DNA of 64,000 bases, taken from Neophaeotheca triangularis. Its lineage: Eukaryota. Both the position numbers and the translations under genes were made by a program. Each line of letters opens with the position of its first letter. Positions within the stretch are counted from its first letter, which is position 1. The notes below the pieces were generated by a model, which was not told where the DNA came from, did not search any database, and saw only the letters and a list, made by a program, of their open reading frames with translations. Where the stretch lies: contig BAAIJX010000006.1 of assembly GCA_054600435.1 (NCBI GenBank), forward strand, positions 496,001-560,000. Reading direction: 5' to 3'. This document shows, in pieces, positions 13,056-25,053 of the stretch.

Positions 13056-14774
13056 ATGGCACCACCATCAGCTACCGACCCCCAGCCTACCGCGCAGAAG
13101 AATGGTTTTTTGTCCAACGACTATGCCGATGACAGGAACGCATCTTCGCAGGATACCCTTTACACAACCAGCAATGGCGTTCCTATGCCACACCCATACG
13201 AGACACAGCGTGTTGGCGAAAACGGTCCTCTGCTCTTGCAGGACTTCCACCTGATCGATCTCCTTTCCCACTTCGACCGCGAGCGTATCCCTGAGCGTGT
13301 TGTTCATGCAAAGGGTGGTGGCGCTCATGGCTACTACAAGACTACCGACCCTATGGACGACCTGTCCATGGCCGACATCTTTCAGCCTGGCAAGACATGC
13401 CCCATCACCGTCCGCTTCTCGACTGTCGGTGGTGAGTCTGGGTCGCACGACTGCGCTCGTGACCCTCGAGGCTTCTCCGTGAAGTTTAGGACCGATGAGG
13501 GTAACTGGGATATGGTGGCAAACAACACACCCGTCTTCTTCCTCCGCGACCCAGCCAAATTCCCACACTTCATCCACACCCAGAAGCGTGATCCTTCCAA
13601 CCACTTGACCCACGCCGATGACTCGACAATGTTCTGGGACTACCTCTCGCAGAACCCTGAGTCCATCCACCAAGTCATGATTCTCATGGGTGACCGTGGT
13701 ATCCCTGATGGGTGGAGGAAGATGCATGGCTATGCTGGCCACACACTGAAGCTCGTCAACAAGAACGGCGACTGGGTATACGGGCAGATGCATATGAAGT
13801 CCAAGCAGGGCAACTCCTTCATCACTCAAGAGGACTCTGCAAACTACTCTCCCGACTACTCGCAGAAGGACTTATACAACGCTATTGAGAAGGGTGACTA
13901 CCCCGGATGGGATGTCATGTGGCAGATCATGACTCCCAAGGAAGCCGAGGATCTTTGGGAGAACGAGAAGATCAACGCCTTCGACCTGACACATGTCTGG
14001 CCGCAGAAGAAGTTTCCACTTCGCAAGGTCGGAGAGTTCTACCTCAATGAGAATGTGCAGAACTACTTTGCGGAGATCGAGCAGATCGCCTTCAACCCCT
14101 CTCACATGCCACCAGGCATCGAGCCCTCCGCCGATCCAGTCCTGCAATCCCGCCTCTTCTCCTACCCCGACACCCACCGCCACCGTGTCGGCGTAAACTA
14201 CCAGCAACTCCCCGTCAACCAGCCGCGAACCCCCTACCGCGTGGCCAACTTCCAGCGTGACGGCAGCATGGCCTTCTACAACCAGGGTTCGCGCCCACCA
14301 TACCTCAGCTCCATCGAGCCCATCAGCTTTCGCGAGCGTAGCGTCAACCTCGACAAGACCCACGGCCACTTCATCGGTGAAGCCGTGACCTTCCTGTCCG
14401 AGATCCGCCCGGAGGATTTCAACGCGCCTCGAACCCTGTGGGAGAACGTCTTTGACGACGGCGCCAAGGAGCGCTTCATCAACAACATCTCCGGCCACAT
14501 GTCCAACTGCAGGAAGGAGGAAATTATCAAGCGCCAGATCGCCATCTTCCGCGAGGTTAGCGAGGACATTGCGACGCGATTGGAGAAGGCGACTGGTGTC
14601 AAAGGATACGATGGTATTGCCAACATGCGCTTCAACGGCACTCACAACGGCATGGCCAAGGACGCTTCTGTCAGGATGGCGAACAACATGGCGGGGTCCG
14701 GCGGCCAGAGCAATGCCAAGTCGCAGAACAATGGTGCGCCTCGTGCTGGTACTCACCAGGGCGTAACTGCATAA
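13056..14774 (+). CDS. Monofunctional small-subunit heme catalase, intronless, 572 aa
   Basis: FDRERIPERVVHAKG active-site signature, RFSTVGGE, RDPRGF, NNTPVFF and the RLFSYPDTHRHR proximal heme-Tyr motif. Start at MAPPSAT (ATG 13056). Confidence 0.96.
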   Translation: MAPPSATDPQPTAQKNGFLSNDYADDRNASSQDTLYTTSNGVPMPHPYETQRVGENGPLLLQDFHLIDLLSHFDRERIPERVVHAKGGGAHGYYKTTDPMDDLSMADIFQPGKTCPITVRFSTVGGESGSHDCARDPRGFSVKFRTDEGNWDMVANNTPVFFLRDPAKFPHFIHTQKRDPSNHLTHADDSTMFWDYLSQNPESIHQVMILMGDRGIPDGWRKMHGYAGHTLKLVNKNGDWVYGQMHMKSKQGNSFITQEDSANYSPDYSQKDLYNAIEKGDYPGWDVMWQIMTPKEAEDLWENEKINAFDLTHVWPQKKFPLRKVGEFYLNENVQNYFAEIEQIAFNPSHMPPGIEPSADPVLQSRLFSYPDTHRHRVGVNYQQLPVNQPRTPYRVANFQRDGSMAFYNQGSRPPYLSSIEPISFRERSVNLDKTHGHFIGEAVTFLSEIRPEDFNAPRTLWENVFDDGAKERFINNISGHMSNCRKEEIIKRQIAIFREVSEDIATRLEKATGVKGYDGIANMRFNGTHNGMAKDASVRMANNMAGSGGQSNAKSQNNGAPRAGTHQGVTA

Positions 14775-15815
14775 ATTGAGGGGATTGGGATGGTTATTAT
14801 TCAATGAGACACGACTGCATATTGTGTAAATAGTATTTGTAATTTAGTGATGCAAAAGCATTTGATCAATATGTTTCGGAATCAGTACCTACGGTTGTCA
14901 TTCCATTCCCCGTCGCGTTCTCATCGCGGCGCTCCGTGATAATTTGTCTTGATGCATAATTAGCGACATCTTTCTATCTCTGCATCTGCACCTGCTCAAG
15001 TGCGTGGCCATTTGACTCTCATCGATGCAATATTAATGTCATAAGCGACAGAGGCTCCCGACGTGCTAACAGGGGAGGTGCGTAGGGTCAGTGTTTGGGT
15101 AGCGAAGTTGATCTGCCGACGGCCATAACGAATGAGACTTGTCCGCCACTCTTGTGTTATTGCTAGTGACATAGAAAGGTACCCAGGGTTACATAGTACT
15201 GTTTGTATCTGGCTACCTGCCACTGCCACCTGGTGCTGCTGGATGGACGGGAGGCTGTCAGGCTGAGCTGAGCTGAGCTGACGACGACGGCTGGGCCCGG
15301 TTGCCACGGGGGACTCGGGAGGTTGAAGGTCTGGAAGCTAGGCCGTATATGAAGATCCGCAAATAGACCTGCTACTACCACTACTACAGGACTACTACCT
15401 CAGGTATAGTACATTACCTTACCTCTCCTACTACTGCCGCGCATCTTTTCTGCAGTGCCGCCTACACACCCAACCCTTGTACAGATAATAGTGTGCACTC
15501 CCATCATCCTCGCTAGCATCGCAGCCGAACACAATCTCGTCACCTTGTCCATCACCCCGTCTCAAGTTGCCAAAAACATTCCCCAGCCAAACAGGACGCC
15601 GAGACAGTGGTCAAGTGAGACAACATCGCAAAACAAGCTCCCGTTACAGGAGAAGTAGGATAAGACTCGCGCAAAACCTCACTTTCGACCTCATCACGTC
15701 TCTATAGCCTACATACTGGTCTTTATCGATACTGGGCAGCATTCACCACCATCTGAACTAATCAATCTCCACATTACAGGGGTTGGTCGCTAAGCGCCGA
15801 CCCAGCTCCTACGAC

Positions 15816-18087
15816 ATGTCTGATCGCCAGTATGGGATCCCCTCTGGCTACAGAACAAACGGCGCATCACCTGATACAGGTTATGTGTCTCCTATCAACG
15901 CATACAACAACATGCAAAGCAGTCACTTGAGATATCAGCAACAAACCGGACCGCGAGCAGACCCATCAACCGCCAGGAGACCCGTACCTGGATTTGCTGG
16001 CGACGCTGAGGCTCCGCCACCGCCACCACAGCACAGATCGCACGACTCTCCAGTCAGGAACGGCGCTGCTGGTGGCTACCCACGTCAATCGACAACATCA
16101 CCCGGCGCAGATAACTACGGCTACGCCGCCGCCGGCGGGGGCATGGGCGGTCTTGCAACCGGTCTAGCAGACTCGCAGCCACGTGAAAGCGGCATGAATG
16201 CTCTCCGGGGTATTGACAACCTGTACGGAGGCAGAATGCTGTCACCTTCCCCCGAACCGCCAAGGCAGCAGCAGCCGTACGAAAGTTACGACATGTCCGA
16301 ATACACCACACCCCAGAGACCGCCCCACCAGCACGCTTACTCACAAAGCTCAGTAGCGCCTCTCATGGCAAACCGGGAAGAGCATCCTCGCTCGGCACCT
16401 TCGCCGGATCGAGGCCCGCATGGCCAGGCTTTCGGTGCTGTGCCAGGACCTTATAACGCTCCTCCAAACCGTCCGCCCTACCAAAGTGATGGATATGACG
16501 ATGTTTGGGATCCTAGAGACTTTGCCGACGATGATGATGATTTCCCTCCCGAGCGTTCGCGCGGCAAACGCAACAAGTATGGAGCCGCAGCAGCAGCAGG
16601 AGGTGCTGGAGCTGGCGCAGCTGCCGGAGCGGGCATGTTTGGTGCGAGAGATCCTAGCGGAGCTTATGGTCCCGTCGGAGCGAACCCAGGTGACCCAGAG
16701 AAGAGCGCTTGGATGCAGAAGCAAAGTAATGGCAGCAAACGCTGGAAATGGATCGTCGGGCTCATTGCTGCCGCGCTCGTCATCGCTAGCGTGGTAGTCG
16801 GTGTGCTTTTCGGCGTGGTCTTCAATGAAGATGACTCCGATTCCAGCTCTGGGTCAAGCAGTTCCGACTCTTCTTCAGGGTCAGGGTCGTCCTCGGGCCT
16901 CTACGACAAAAATTCCAAAGAGATCAAATCAATCCTCAACGACGACGACCTCCACAGAGTCTTCCCGGGAATGGACTACACCCCATGGGGCGCACAATAT
17001 CCGGAATGCCTGCACAACCCTCTCGACCAGAACAACATCACCATCGACGTAGCCATCCTCTCTCAACTCACCCCAGCCATCCGCCTCTACGGCACCGACT
17101 GCAATCAAACCGAAATGGTCATCGAAGGCATCAATCGTCTCGACCTCGCCGATTCGGTCAAAGTCTGGCTCGGCGTCTGGATCGACGACAACTCCACCAC
17201 CACCGACCGCCAAGTCGAGCACGCTCACGGTCTCCTAGACAAATACGACCCCAAACACTGGGCCGGCGTCATCGTCGGCAATGAAGTCCTCTACGCCGAA
17301 TACATGACCATCACGGAGCTCGGCGAGCACATGAACGACTTCCGCTCCGATTTGTCCGACAAAGACATCGACCTTCCCGTCTCCACGGGCGATCTGGGAG
17401 ACGACTGGACCGAAGGCCTGGCCTCGGACAGCGACATCGTAAGCCTCTCTCGCTTCACCCCCATCCGACAAAACCCGCGACTAACTAACCTCCCCCACCC
17501 CTTCGCAGGTCATGGCAAACATCCACCCCTTCTTCGCAGGCGTCACGGTCAAAGAAGCCGCAGGCTGGACCTGGAGCTTCTGGCAAAACAACAACGTGCC
17601 CCTCACGCCCGCAGCCAAAGCCGCAGGCAACTACCCACAGCAAATCATCTCCGAAGTCGGCTGGCCGAGCGAAGGCGGCAACAACTGCGGCGGCAACAAA
17701 TGCGCAGACTCCACCTCGGGCTCCGTCGCGGGCATAGACCAACTCAACACTTTCATGCAAGACTGGGTCTGTCCCAGCATAGCCAACGGGACGACGTATT
17801 TCTGGTTCTCGGCCTTTGACGAGCCATGGAAGGTATGTCTTTTTTTTTTTTTTTACCCTCTCGCATCTCCTCCCCCTACCTGTCTGTATATTTCTCTTTT
17901 GCTAAGACGTGTGTGTCCGTCCGTCTTCCCCCCTTGCTGACTTTTGCCCGCCTGTGGGTGCGTCCCCCGACAGACCCGTTTCGACAGCGAAGAGAACAAA
18001 GTCGAGAGCCATTGGGGTTTACTGGGCGTCGATCGCAAATTGAAAAAGGGCGTCACCATTCCCGATTGCGATGGCGAGACTGTTTGA
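15816..18087 (+). CDS. btgC: Membrane-anchored GH17 endo-1,3-beta-glucosidase/glucanosyltransferase, BtgC-like; introns 17439-17508 and 17833-17973
   Basis: Long disordered N-terminus, one TM helix ([27 protein letters not shown]), then [38 protein letters not shown] and [10 protein letters not shown]. The last exon reads [17 protein letters not shown]...PDCDGETV*. Both introns are canonical and restore the frame. Confidence 0.92.
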
Positions 18088-19111
18088 TTCGAAATCGTTT
18101 GATCAAGAAAATTCCCCTCTTTTTTTTTTTTTGGTTTCGCCCTGTCTGTTTGTTTGTTTGGGTGGTTGGCTGGGGAGTTTACATTGCAGGTTTATGGGTT
18201 TATGGATTATGGATGCGTGCGAGCGGGAATTTATGGTCTTTGGATGGTGGCGTGCGAGGTATGGATGGGGTTCCGCGTGGGGGATGGGGGGGGGGGGGGG
18301 GGACATGCATCTGGTTTTTTCTTTCAAAAGCCGGCCACTCGTCCCGTTCGGTCGGCGGGCATTGTTCGAGCATAGCGTACGCACGTCATTTATTCAACAC
18401 AAACGCTCTCAAAAGACCTTTTCAGCCATGCGTGGGCGCGGTGGACTCGTCGTCGATGGGTGGATTGCAAGAAGGCGCGAAGACGAAGACAGAAGAAAGC
18501 CAAAGAGCCGGAAATCGGTAGGTTACTTTGTCTTCCCGGGGAAGGGGGGTCAATTGCTAAGCGCTATGTTGTACAGAAGGTTAGAACGCTTCAAAGCTTT
18601 AGAAGAAAAAAGAAAGAAAACAAACAAACAGAAAAACCAAGGAGATTTGTTACAGAAGATGGTACTCTCATGCACTCCCAATCCTGAGGAGCCGATTTTT
18701 TCACCCCCGGTGCCCATCAACCAACCCGAAAGTACGTTCGTTCGTAAATCGTAGCTACCGTTGCGACGAAAGCTACGCTTGTTGGTACGCACGCACTCTA
18801 CCTCATCAATCGGTCCATCCCTGCCCGCGGGCTTTGCAATGTCTGATGATGGGAATTCTCGCCGGAGCTGCCGTTTATGCAGCATCTCACTGTTGTGAGG
18901 TATTCGACACCCTCTCCAACGTGCGCGGCCATGACACTTTACACTGGTGAGGCCGAGTCGTGCCGCTTGCACTTCCTTTTTGACGCGTCACAGAATTCAT
19001 CCTCGAGCGGTAATGATTGGCACGAAAGTCCGTTCTGACCCTGTAGCACATGGGTAGAATATCGACGTTGCCTCTAGAGCGAGGCCGCTTGTACACTTCC
19101 CAAAGACCGAC

Positions 19112-22100
19112 CTAAGGGCTCTCGGCACGTCTCCTGTGCCTGGTGCGTTCCAGCCATTTCCGCTTGCCCGGGCGCGTTTCGAAGTGCGGCGCGATGGTAG
19201 CAGGACCTTGCCCGGCGCTGATCATTGTGCTCCGCATCTTATTCCGGTAGGCATCCACTGGCGGGATATGGGTCAGCTTTGGTGAGGACTAATCTGCACG
19301 GTTTGAGATTGACTTACGTGATCGCTGCAGGAAGAGAGTACGCTCACTAAACGTCCTCGCCTGCCCCCAAGCCATACGGTAGCCGAGCTCGTTCAATGCC
19401 ACTTCCTTGTTTCGTCTCGACTTGGTCATCCTAGGCATGGGCAGCTTCGTGTCGCTCCCGTCCATCAGTTGCACAGGCACCAACGTCTTCCCTCTCGTCG
19501 GGAGAGTCCCCGAAACGCCCTCTTGCGTGTCATCTTCGTCATCCCATCGCGAGGCGGGTGATCCCGGGGGTGATCGCATCTGACGAGGGAAGTACGATCG
19601 CGGATAGACGGCGTTGGAGCGCAGGTGGGAGTCGGGCATGTCGTCCATCTTGACGTTCTCGAGAAGCACTCGTACGCGTACTCGAGTACCGCGCTGTTGG
19701 TCTTCGACGAGGATAAACTTCCTTCGCTTCGATTCCGGAACGTCACCAAAGAGGGCGCGTCTGCTTTCCTCATCTTCTTCGTCCTTCACAGTCGCGGTCC
19801 GGGAAGCAGTGAGGGTCGGTGCGCGCGATTGGAACGAGTCCATTGCATTGTGAGCCGGAGGTAGGGTTGCAGCGCCTGCGCCTGGTGGATGTTGTGGAGC
19901 AGGATGGGTTGGATAGAAGCTTTGAGCGTAACGTGCAGCGGTCGGTGACGGGAGATCTTCGTGGCCGTTCGGCGCCGTTTGGTGTTGATGTTGATGTGCG
20001 GATGTAAGATGGTATTCATTTCCGGCTGTAATGATCGACGCAGGTATTAGCCGAGGGTTCAAAACGCTCAAGTACAGGGGTGCGTAAAGGATGCGAAGCG
20101 AAGCGAGAAAAACACGCGAAGCGAAAACAAATGCAACAAATGCAACAAGGGTATATAGTGCAAGCCAAGAGTACAACGATACATCGTGTGCAGTGCGACG
20201 AAGAAGAAAAAGCAACGCGACAGCTCCCTTGTTCGTGATAACAAATACTGTACAAGACCGCACAGAACCGTCTGCAGATTACAGAAGATATTCTTTCGTG
20301 TTCCCATGGAAAAAGTGTTCATGCGGTAGGTGATACAGTGCAGCGCGAATCACATTTGGATGAACATACCGCTTACGTTGTCCCCGTCTTCGCTACCGTC
20401 GTTTTGATGGTGCATTGGGTGACCGGGGCCCATATTCGGGGGCCTGCCTGAACCAGTGGGCATTCCAGGGGGCCCCAAACCAGCGCTTCCGGGAGTGGGA
20501 GGACCAGGCATCTGTCCAGCAGAGCCTGGGCCTTGCGACTTGCGCGTGTGCATCTTCGCCATCCTTCTTACTCGTCGACTCCGCAGTCGCGGATCTTGGT
20601 TACTATTTCTCCAGCTGTCAACGGCGCGTTGAATAAGTCCTCGCTTTTCTCGGAGGTTGGGATTGAGTTGTGCGAGGGCCCAGCCCACTGCGTTGCATTC
20701 ACTTTCATAATGCAAACGATTGCCCTTGTACTGATCCTTTCCACAGCATGCCCTAGGGTAGACGCAGTTTGCGTTTTTGAAGTCCGGGCTGAGCTCTTCC
20801 ACATTCACCGACTCGACATCGCAGCGAATCTGGTACTCCATCTTTACGCGATCCCGCGAATACTCAAAAGCGATCCATTGGACGCCATTGTTGTCTTGGC
20901 GAACGACCAGCGGTGTGGTCGCGGGTATCGGGCCTGGTGCTGCGTTGGCTGCGTTGGGGTTGGCGCCGTTGGCCGAGGGCGGCATGCCTGGAATTCCCGG
21001 AGCTTGGGGCGTTTGTGGAGTACCATGCGGGCCAAGCGCCGACGGTGGACGCTGCAACGACGCCGCGCTTGGCTTTGTGTCTATCATTGGTGGTGGCGGT
21101 GGCGGCGGATGAGCATGATGTTGATGTTGGTGTTGATGCTGATTTGGCAAGCCTTGCGCTTGAGGAGGCTGCTGTGATTGTTGGTGAGGCTGCTGTTGGT
21201 GAGGCTGCTGTTGGTGATGCTGCTGTTGGTAAGATGCCATCATTCCTGGTGCAGATGTCATCGGCGGTTGCTGCTGCGATGATGGTGGTGTCGGTCCATA
21301 TGGAGACTGCTGTTGCATCTGGTAAGGTTGGTAATACATTTGCTGCGCCATCGGCGGCATGCCATAGAGTGGACGTCCATGTGCATCGTGTTGAGGGGAT
21401 TGTATTGAAGCAGGCGAGTTGGATTGCGGTGTCTGGTAGCTTGAGATGGGTGGGTAAGGTTGGCGACCCATGGCCGCTTGGGTGGCCATGCTGTCGGAGG
21501 GTTCTACGTTGATTGTCAGCGGCGAATGCAACAAGGACAGGCACGAAACACGATCATGTGGAAAGCACAAGTCATGGGTGGAATGATGCCGTACCTGAAG
21601 ATGCGTAACTCCCGGTAGCACTGTTGGCACTATAGGGACTAGGATGGGCGTTGAAGAAGGCTGCCTCAGTTGGAGTTTGCTGCGATATACCAGAGACAGA
21701 AGCTAGATACGGTGATTGGTGCTGCTGGGATAGGCTGTGACTGGACGAATGCGGAGAAATGTAAGATCCTTGAGAGGCCGCTGGGTGAGGTGAATTGGAA
21801 GAGTGTTGTTGGATCAACCCTGTTGATCGCGGGTGCTGGAGAGGCGCTGGTGGTAACAGACCCTGGTGTGCAGCGTGTCGCTGCTGGTTGCTATTCTGCT
21901 AAAAGGGTCGAGTCAGAATAATAAGACAGAACAAAGCGATTGTTTGTAGATGCGACGCGAAGGGCAGAGATGAGTGGAGGGCGCGTTTGTTGGATGCCGC
22001 TCGACACGCCGCGGATCCTTGCTTTGGGCGTGGCAGGGAAGGCGAGGATGAGCTTAAAGCAACCAGGAACAGGGAAGATAAAAGTATCGAGACAGAAACG

Positions 22101-22670
22101 GTCGGTTTCAGGGCGGAGGTCTCATCAGTCGAGAATCTTCGCCGGCGGCTGGAGGGGCACGGCGGGGAAAAAAAGTCTCCACTGGGCACGAATGCATGAA
22201 GGACGGTAGGCTTTTTTGGGCTCTTTTCTGTCCTCTAGCGTCCCTCGTGCCTGGTTGGAGGGCGGTAGTGTGCCAAGCAGAGGCGCACGATGTGACGAGA
22301 AAGCAACGGAGAGGTAGTGAAGCTTCGTCGCATGTTGTGCGGTGTGCGCGGTGTCTAGGCCGGCGGAGAGCGTAGGCTGTGCGAGGACAGCAGCGTGCGC
22401 GTGGTGGTAAAATAATTTGGGTAGGCGGTAGGGTGGGTGCGTGTGTGAGAGCGTGTGGTGTTGTGCAGCGCCCATGCAGGCAGCCGCCGAACGCGCAGCA
22501 TGAGTTGCATGGATCATGGGCGGAAGGGGATATGCGAACAAGGGAGGCGGTGGGGGCTTGAGTTTCGCGGATGAACCAGGTAAAGTTGGCGCCAGCAGGT
22601 CGGGAGAAAGCTAGGTAACGTTCAGAGCAGAAGAAAGAGATGTATCACGTACCATGCTTGAGCGTTGCAT
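19112..22670 (-). CDS. Conserved fungal protein with Q/P-rich region and two related domains (DUF8032-like); exons 22670-22653, 21898-21595, 21503-20370, 20025-19318, 19257-19112
   Basis: Domain 1: VQWIAFEYSRDRVKMEYQIRCDVE...NCVYPRA...IQRAVDSWRN. Domain 2: RKFILVED..RGTRVRVRV...NAVYPRS...LQRSLDAYRNK. All four introns have GT, branch point and AG with matching phases. Exon 1 (MQRSSM) is the least certain. Confidence 0.8.
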
Positions 22671-23027
22671 GTCGTGCAACTGCGTAGGTAGGTAGCCGTT
22701 GCAACCCTTGGTATACAGACGACACGCATAAACCAGTCGGGTCAGACGCGACAGTGGTTGGAGCGGCTATTGTGGCGGAGGTGGTGGTGGTGGTAGTGGT
22801 CGTGAAGGCGTGTGGGCGGTGGGTGGTGTCGCAGGTTTGGCGCAGCGGCTGGCTGGGCTGTATGAGGTGCTTGACGACAGACCGGGGGGGTTTGCTGGCA
22901 TACCCGGACGGACGAATCGAGTCGGCAGGTCAAGCAAGATCAGTTTGAGCGCGAGAGTCAGACTCAGGCATCAAGAATACTAGTAGGTAATGAGAGTCAG
23001 GCAAAGAAGCTAACCGAGGGCGACAAG

Positions 23028-23048
23028 GTAGTAGTAGTAGTAGTAGTA
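23028..23048. repeat. (GTA)7 microsatellite
   Basis: Read directly from the sequence. Confidence 0.9.
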
Positions 23049-23264
23049 GTGGTAGTGTAGAAGAGGGAATATCAACGTCGGACAAGGGAGATGATGTGAA
23101 GCAGGTAAAAAAGACTGCAGGCGTCCTGGTGTTTACTGTCCCCCGGGAAGTAGGTAGTGAGGTGGGTGAGGAGAGCAGTCAACCTAGTAGTGCCTACAAG
23201 CAGGCAGCTAGCCAGCCAGCCAGCCAGCAAGCCAGTCCCGGTCGTGCGTGTTTTGACAAGATTA

Positions 23265-23294
<30 letters not shown>
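23265..23294. repeat. (ATT)10 microsatellite
   Basis: Read directly; it produces the poly-Y and poly-I spurious ORFs in the track. Confidence 0.95.
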
Positions 23295-23297
<3 letters not shown>

Positions 23298-24809
23298 ATC
23301 TTTACAATTATGATTATTGCCCGGTCTCGGTATCGTAGGTATATACTACATACAGTTCACAGTTACCTAGGTAGTAGACAGAGCACTAGGTAAGGTACTT
23401 GCCGTACTCAGCATGATAGAGACGTGAGACGGGAGAGAGACTACCTCCTTCAGAGAGAGAGAGAGAAGAGATGGCTCCGTATCAAGCTGTATCGGGGCTA
23501 GTACCGTTGGGAGCATCCATGCCGGACCATGCGACCATGCCCCGTTTGTCTCTCCGGCAGCGCGGATGTCGGATTCGTGGCGCTAGCGACTGGTCTGCAG
23601 TAGCTTCAAACATGCAAGAGGCGAAACGTGGAAACTCTATCTTAGGTGCCGTCCGTCTTACCTGCCTCTTCCAACTTCCTGTTCCCGTTGCAGCCCGAGG
23701 TGGTCGGCGTCGAATTGGTCACTACTACAACAATCATGGGCGAAGGCTTGGAGATGTAGAGCCGACATCCAGACAGATAAGGTAGTCAGATACAGTACCA
23801 ATACGACCAACACCCGACGTCAATCACATGGTACTTTGTAATTACCGTCGACTTGGCTCAGCCTCAAGGTATAAGCCTTCATCTTGAAACCGGCAGTTGG
23901 CAATCATCACATCAATACCATCACCGTACCTTACCTGGTAATCTCCAGACTTTGCCTCGCCTCGTGTTTTGGGAGCATCGAGGCGCAAACGGGCCGCATC
24001 GTATTACCTCTGCCGCGTCGACTCATAAAGAAAGCAACAAATTCAATTCCAGACCTGTCACCTCAGGCTCTACTGTCGGCACAACCTCGTCCGCTCTAGA
24101 CTCAAGACGTCAGCAATCCGCATTTTCTTCAAGATCGCCATGGCGGCGTGCACCCACCATCTACTACCTAGAGAAAGCTGGATACCTGGGCTGTGGTTAC
24201 CGGTGACTACTGTGGAAGACCGAGCATCGCCAGCCCGGTACAGGAACGGCATGTATATTATTGATATTAAATACTTGACATGTCGTGTTCAAGGCGGTAA
24301 GGGATATAAGCAACTGTGATTGGCCGCCTCAATTGGACGTGTTACTATGTAGAGACGGCCCCGCAATGCATACAGTACGGTACAGCATCATGACTAGACT
24401 ATCTGCAGCAACGTACACATTATGGATCCACCATTTCTGACAGAACGGGACGGTCGAGACTCGCTGGCGATGATAAGGACTGAGCATCTTCTCGCCTGTC
24501 ACCTGTGCAACCCGACGACTATTCTTCTCTTGCAGCCTCGTACTGTGCTTGTTCTAAGTTTATAGGTAGGTATTGACGGGAACGGTACCGCATCCTTCGT
24601 GTCACCTTGCCCCTCATGCAGAGCCTGCTAGCGTGGGCGACATGAGGCTTAGGAGTCAGAAGCCACTGAGTCAGGACTCAGGAGTCAGTACCTACCTATA
24701 CCTCGCTTACGCCTTCTCCCGTAAGACGCGCATTTGGGGGTGTGCGCCACTCTGGATATCCAGTCTCTTGGCCTTATCAACCAATGACAGTGTGCACCGC
24801 GGAGGCTCT

Positions 24810-24848
24810 GTGGATGGAGTGAATCCAGTCTGGATTCACTCCATCCAC
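24810..24848. repeat. Perfect 19-bp inverted repeat with 1-nt spacer (39-bp palindrome)
   Basis: GTGGATGGAGTGAATCCAG-T-CTGGATTCACTCCATCCAC; the arms are exact reverse complements. Confidence 0.97.
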
Positions 24849-25035
24849 CGCTCCTTGTAGTAAGGCGTATGTTTTAGTGTGAGTTTATCTGCTGGTCACT
24901 AACCTCAGGTCATCATTATTGCTCCTAAAGTGCTTATCTATGTGTCTATACTAGCTCTCTGTTAGCAATAATACGTTATAGATCTATCTCAGATAACAAT
25001 TAGACGACGCCTATACTGGAGTATTTCAGGTATCC

Positions 25036-25053
25036 TTAGGGTTAGGGTTAGGG
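25036..25053 (+). repeat. Interstitial telomere-type repeat (TTAGGG)3
   Basis: Three exact TTAGGG copies read directly. Confidence 0.9.

Noticed and set aside
13068..14804. Antisense ORFs of 253 and 310 aa opposite catalase
   Set aside because: Shadow ORFs on the reverse strand of a strongly codon-biased gene.
17826..18754. 231-aa and 227-aa ORFs downstream of the GH17 gene
   Set aside because: They cross an intron, the true last exon in another frame, and homopolymer-rich 3' UTR sequence.
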